A DNA stretch of 64,000 bases from Bacillota bacterium (GTDB lineage: Bacteria; Pseudomonadota; Gammaproteobacteria; Natronospirales; REEB76), in the NCBI GenBank assembly GCA_050261675.1, contig JBLNDO010000023.1, forward strand, positions 74,261 to 138,260. The letters run 5' to 3'. The first letter of the stretch is position 1; every line of letters starts with the position of its first letter. This document shows, one piece after another, positions 61,410 to 64,000 of the stretch. Under the pieces are notes generated by a model. That model saw only the letters and a program-made list of their open reading frames with translations. It did no database searches and had not been told where the DNA came from. The position numbers and the translations under genes were made by a program.

Positions 61410-62027
61410 TCAGGCCGCCGTTACCAGTGCGCAGTCCACCTCCACTGCCAGGCTCCTGCGCAGCATCTCGATGGATAACACCAGCAGCCCGGTTTTGGGC
61501 TTGGATTGGACGAAAATACCCTCGACATTCGCAAGCGGGCCGCTGAGGATGCGCACCGTCTGCCCCACGCGCAAGTATGGATAGGGCATCCTGGGTTCGT
61601 CCGACTGGTTGACCCGGCGGACCGCCTCGATTTCCTCGTCGCTCACCGTTGCGAGCTTGTCCCAACGCTCACCCAATATCCTCACGAGGCCCTTCGACTT
61701 GCAGATGTCCAGATAACTCGCTTTGTCGATGGCGTGCCGGATGAAGAGGTAGCCTGGAAAAAGCGGAGCGCGGTACAGGCAGCGCGCCTGCTTGCGCCGC
61801 GACCATTTGTCCACCGTCGGCAAGAGAATTTCGTAACCCTTCGAATACAACTGATCGTGCACCAATTGCTCGCAGTTACTCCGGGTCCAGAGCACATGCC
61901 AGCACGGTCCGCCCTCAGGCGTGTGCCCAGGTTCGATGCAGGCGGAACCCGTCAACGCATGCTGTTGGTCCTGATCGACGATGGTGGCCAATGCTTCGCC
62001 CTTTTGGTCGCTTCCAAAGCAAACCAT
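61410..62027 (-). CDS. NusG/RfaH-family specialised transcription antiterminator (NGN + KOW)
   Basis: WHVLWTRSNCEQLVHDQL...LLPT...PLFPGYLFIR (NGN) and GQTVRILSGPLANVEGIFV (KOW). It is the first gene of the minus-strand cluster. Confidence 0.8.
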   Translation of the reverse strand: MVCFGSDQKGEALATIVDQDQQHALTGSACIEPGHTPEGGPCWHVLWTRSNCEQLVHDQLYSKGYEILLPTVDKWSRRKQARCLYRAPLFPGYLFIRHAIDKASYLDICKSKGLVRILGERWDKLATVSDEEIEAVRRVNQSDEPRMPYPYLRVGQTVRILSGPLANVEGIFVQSKPKTGLLVLSIEMLRRSLAVEVDCALVTAA

Positions 62028-62404
62028 TGCAAGAATCCCTCAACCCATGTCTCTGCAACGACATTCACCCCGGAATTTCTGGGCGGTTCGCCGCCCCGCG
62101 TGCCCGGTAATTGAACGATGCTCGGACTGTGCGCCCATTACTCCATGTGGCCGGAATTCATCCAATCGGGGAAATACCCCGTTCGGCGAAGGTAAACACT
62201 TGAACGCAGATGCGAAGGGAAAAGACGCGACAATAACTCGTCCGCGCCCACTACAATAAAATTGCCGCGCACCGTGGAAGCACACCGTATTAGTCGATGA
62301 AGATGCGGCGAGATCAGCCGCCGAATGTTTGCGAGTTTATGACCACCATGGCCGCGCACCCGATATATCAGGTGTATTACCGATAGACAACCCTTACAAC
62401 CCGA

Positions 62405-63118
62405 ATGGAGAATCACCTACAGACTCGGTCGCAGGGCATCGCCGCCACGCTCAACGTTATGCAGATCGATACACAAGGCAAGACGGGGAATCAGACGCCG
62501 TCGGCGCCTGAAATCTACAATGAAAATGACACGGTGAATCGCCGCGAGCGGCTGCTGCTTTCGGCAAAACACGAGATGGCATCCGTCGGTTACGAACGTG
62601 CGAGCCTCGAGGCCATCGCAAGCGGGGCAAGCCTGCCCCCATCCGAATTGCACATACACTTCAGCGGCAAACCCGAGATGCTGGAGGCGGTCTTCAATTC
62701 CGTATGGGAGCCGCTGAATTCCCGCATTGCCGACATCGTCATGGCCTCGGTGAGCACCCGCCATGCGGTGATGGCGGTTCTCTCCGCCATACTGCATATC
62801 CTGGATAGGGATGAGGATCTTGCGAGGCTGCTGCTCTTCGAAAGCCGCCGCCAACACGGCAACAATGCGGAGATCAGGCAATCAAAGGGGTTCAGGGATT
62901 TTACATCCCTCCTCGCTCATGTGGTCGAACGCGGGCAGAAGGACGGAAGCTTCATCACCTCACTGCGCGCACCGGTCATTGCATCCGCCCTGCTTGGGAC
63001 CGCGGAAGGCATGATCCGTGACCGCATGATCGCCCTGATGCTCGGCGAATCCATACCGTTCACCGAGTCCGACCTGCGCGTCGCTTTCGAAGCCGCCGTC
63101 TCCGGGTTTGCGCCCTGA
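62405..63118 (+). CDS. TetR-family transcriptional regulator
   Basis: N-terminal HTH RRERLLLSAKHEMASVGYERASLEAIASGASLPPSELHIHFSGKPEML. Divergent from the EPS cluster. Confidence 0.85.
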   Translation: MENHLQTRSQGIAATLNVMQIDTQGKTGNQTPSAPEIYNENDTVNRRERLLLSAKHEMASVGYERASLEAIASGASLPPSELHIHFSGKPEMLEAVFNSVWEPLNSRIADIVMASVSTRHAVMAVLSAILHILDRDEDLARLLLFESRRQHGNNAEIRQSKGFRDFTSLLAHVVERGQKDGSFITSLRAPVIASALLGTAEGMIRDRMIALMLGESIPFTESDLRVAFEAAVSGFAP

Positions 63119-63394
63119 ATCCCCGGCGGTCGCATAGTCAAAAACCAGCTCTGTTTACATTTGCACGAGGCCAGGATTTACGAAAAGTTTATCCAGGCTT
63201 TCGCCCGCCGTTACATGGGTGCGCTCCAATAAGCATAAGGGGCTAATTCGGACAGTGCGCCAGTACCACGCTTCGTGCGTTGTTCATTGATTAGGACGGC
63301 CTAATCTCGCCCTCCACATCCATCCCGTAGCGAACGCAAGAAGCCGCCGCTGCAAAAGGGCCGGAATAGTCCGGCCAGCCCACGAGGAGATGCG

Positions 63395-64000
63395 GTGAAA
63401 ATTAACGCGAACTTAAGCGAGGTGGCAGTTGCTGCCACCCTGGCGGGAATTCTTTCTCTGGGAATGCCAGACTTGTGCAGCGCGGATGCACCCGGAGGAT
63501 TCGTCGAATTCGACAGCAGCACTGCTGTGCGGCCAATGCTCACGCAGTCACAAATCACTGGCTTTGTACCCTCGAGTCGCGGCAGTTTCAGCTTCCCTGC
63601 ACCCTACAACACCCAGGGTCTCCGCGTGACGCAATCGAGCGATTGCGGCGGCCAGGATTGCGTCGATATGACGTATTCCTACTGGCGCAATATGAGTAAT
63701 AGCGCCGGCAGCAACACCATGTACATCCTGGTGGGGCTGGACAAGAATCGCGGCGGCGCGGGACCTACCTTGTTCAGTTACGACAAGGTGACTGGTGCGG
63801 TCACCGACATGGGTGCGCTGTTCCCAGCCAACAGTTCCTATGCCGGGCACAGTACCGAGGGCATGTATTTCAGTTACAGCCTGCCCACAAAGATCTATCT
63901 TATTGACGGGACCCGGCTACTGCGCTTCGACGTGCTCACCCATGCCTTCGAGACGGTGTTCGACGTTTCTTCCCAATACCCGAACACCGTACTTCATCAG
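63395..64000 (+). CDS. Secreted protein, paralog of the N-domain of the 19266-22424 product (3' end outside window)
   Basis: Not in the ORF track. GTG 63395 follows GAGGAGA. Own translation: VKINANLSEVAVAATLAGILSLGMPDLCSADAPGGFVEFD...FSFPAPYNTQGLRVTQSSDCGGQDCVDMTYSYWRNMSNSAGSNTMYILVGLDKNRGG..., roughly two-thirds identical to residues ~40-240 of the 19266 gene product. The frame stays open to the window end. Confidence 0.8.
   Translation, partial: MKINANLSEVAVAATLAGILSLGMPDLCSADAPGGFVEFDSSTAVRPMLTQSQITGFVPSSRGSFSFPAPYNTQGLRVTQSSDCGGQDCVDMTYSYWRNMSNSAGSNTMYILVGLDKNRGGAGPTLFSYDKVTGAVTDMGALFPANSSYAGHSTEGMYFSYSLPTKIYLIDGTRLLRFDVLTHAFETVFDVSSQYPNTVLHQ

Noticed and set aside
62081-62096. Perfect GC hairpin GGGCGG-ttcg-CCGCCC in the EPS operon leader.
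   Set aside because: No T/U tract follows on either strand, so I did not call it a terminator or attenuator. It is mentioned only as a possible leader-RNA element under the NusG-paralog finding.
63289-63306. Inverted repeat GATTAGG-acgg-CCTAATC about 90 bp upstream of the partial paralog gene, superficially similar (GATT...AATC) to the 21-bp box.
   Set aside because: Spacing and flanks differ from GTGATT-N5-AATCAC, and no second copy was seen. Evidence is insufficient to include it in the proposed regulon.
1-64000. Looked for tRNA/rRNA genes, CRISPR arrays, transposases/integrases/IS ends, toxin-antitoxin pairs and phage-defence genes.
   Set aside because: I found no spaced short direct repeats, no DDE/tyrosine-recombinase motifs in any ORF and no cloverleaf-like or rRNA-like segments by eye. 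The only repeats are the in-gene Ig-domain array and the duplicated regulator gene. tRNAscan and Infernal would be needed to be certain about small RNAs.

Overview
High-GC chromosomal window from a Gram-negative bacterium, judged from lipoboxes, Wza/OM-barrel genes and codon bias; probably a beta- or gammaproteobacterium, but I cannot name the taxon. I saw no rRNA, tRNA, CRISPR, transposase or integrase. Layout: (1) 1-2.9 kb is housekeeping: sufT-like, a Rieske ferredoxin, ppa, a GT9 heptosyltransferase-like gene and a small membrane ORF. (2) 3.1-11.6 kb holds four genes for secreted or lipidated matrix-type proteins: a BNR/Asp-box propeller protein, and three proteins built combinatorially from an unassigned ~125-aa lectin-like module plus Big_7-like Ig repeats. 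Two of their promoter regions carry the same 21-bp palindromic box. (3) 11.7-18.9 kb holds an orphan OmpR-type regulator and then a tightly coupled RsbR-RsbS-RsbT-RsbX stressosome operon. That operon runs straight into a cytoplasmic HisKA_3 histidine kinase, three NarL/LuxR response regulators (two about 94% identical) and a second stand-alone RsbS. No sigB, rsbV or rsbW is present. (4) 19.3-22.4 kb encodes a 1052-aa secreted multidomain protein. (5) 22.5-62.0 kb carries 33 co-directional minus-strand genes for an exopolysaccharide pathway. They cover a NusG-like antiterminator, OM barrel, Wza, Wzz, BY-kinase, priming transferase, Wzy-like, flippase, GT2/GT4s, nucleotide-sugar enzymes, two AsnB-type amidotransferases, two deacetylases, a sulfotransferase, an ACP/adenylase/LLM/GNAT block, a heparinase-like protein and a beta-helix protein. 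The gene content resembles PEP-CTERM/exosortase-type loci, yet I found no exosortase and no PEP-CTERM protein in the window. (6) 62.4-64.0 kb holds a divergent TetR gene and a truncated paralog of the 19.3-kb gene, so the EPS locus is bracketed by paralogs. The most interesting hypothesis is a stressosome -> histidine kinase -> LuxR-type regulator circuit controlling matrix proteins (via the GATTCACG palindrome) and perhaps the EPS locus. All family calls come from motif recognition by eye. No HMM or BLAST was run.
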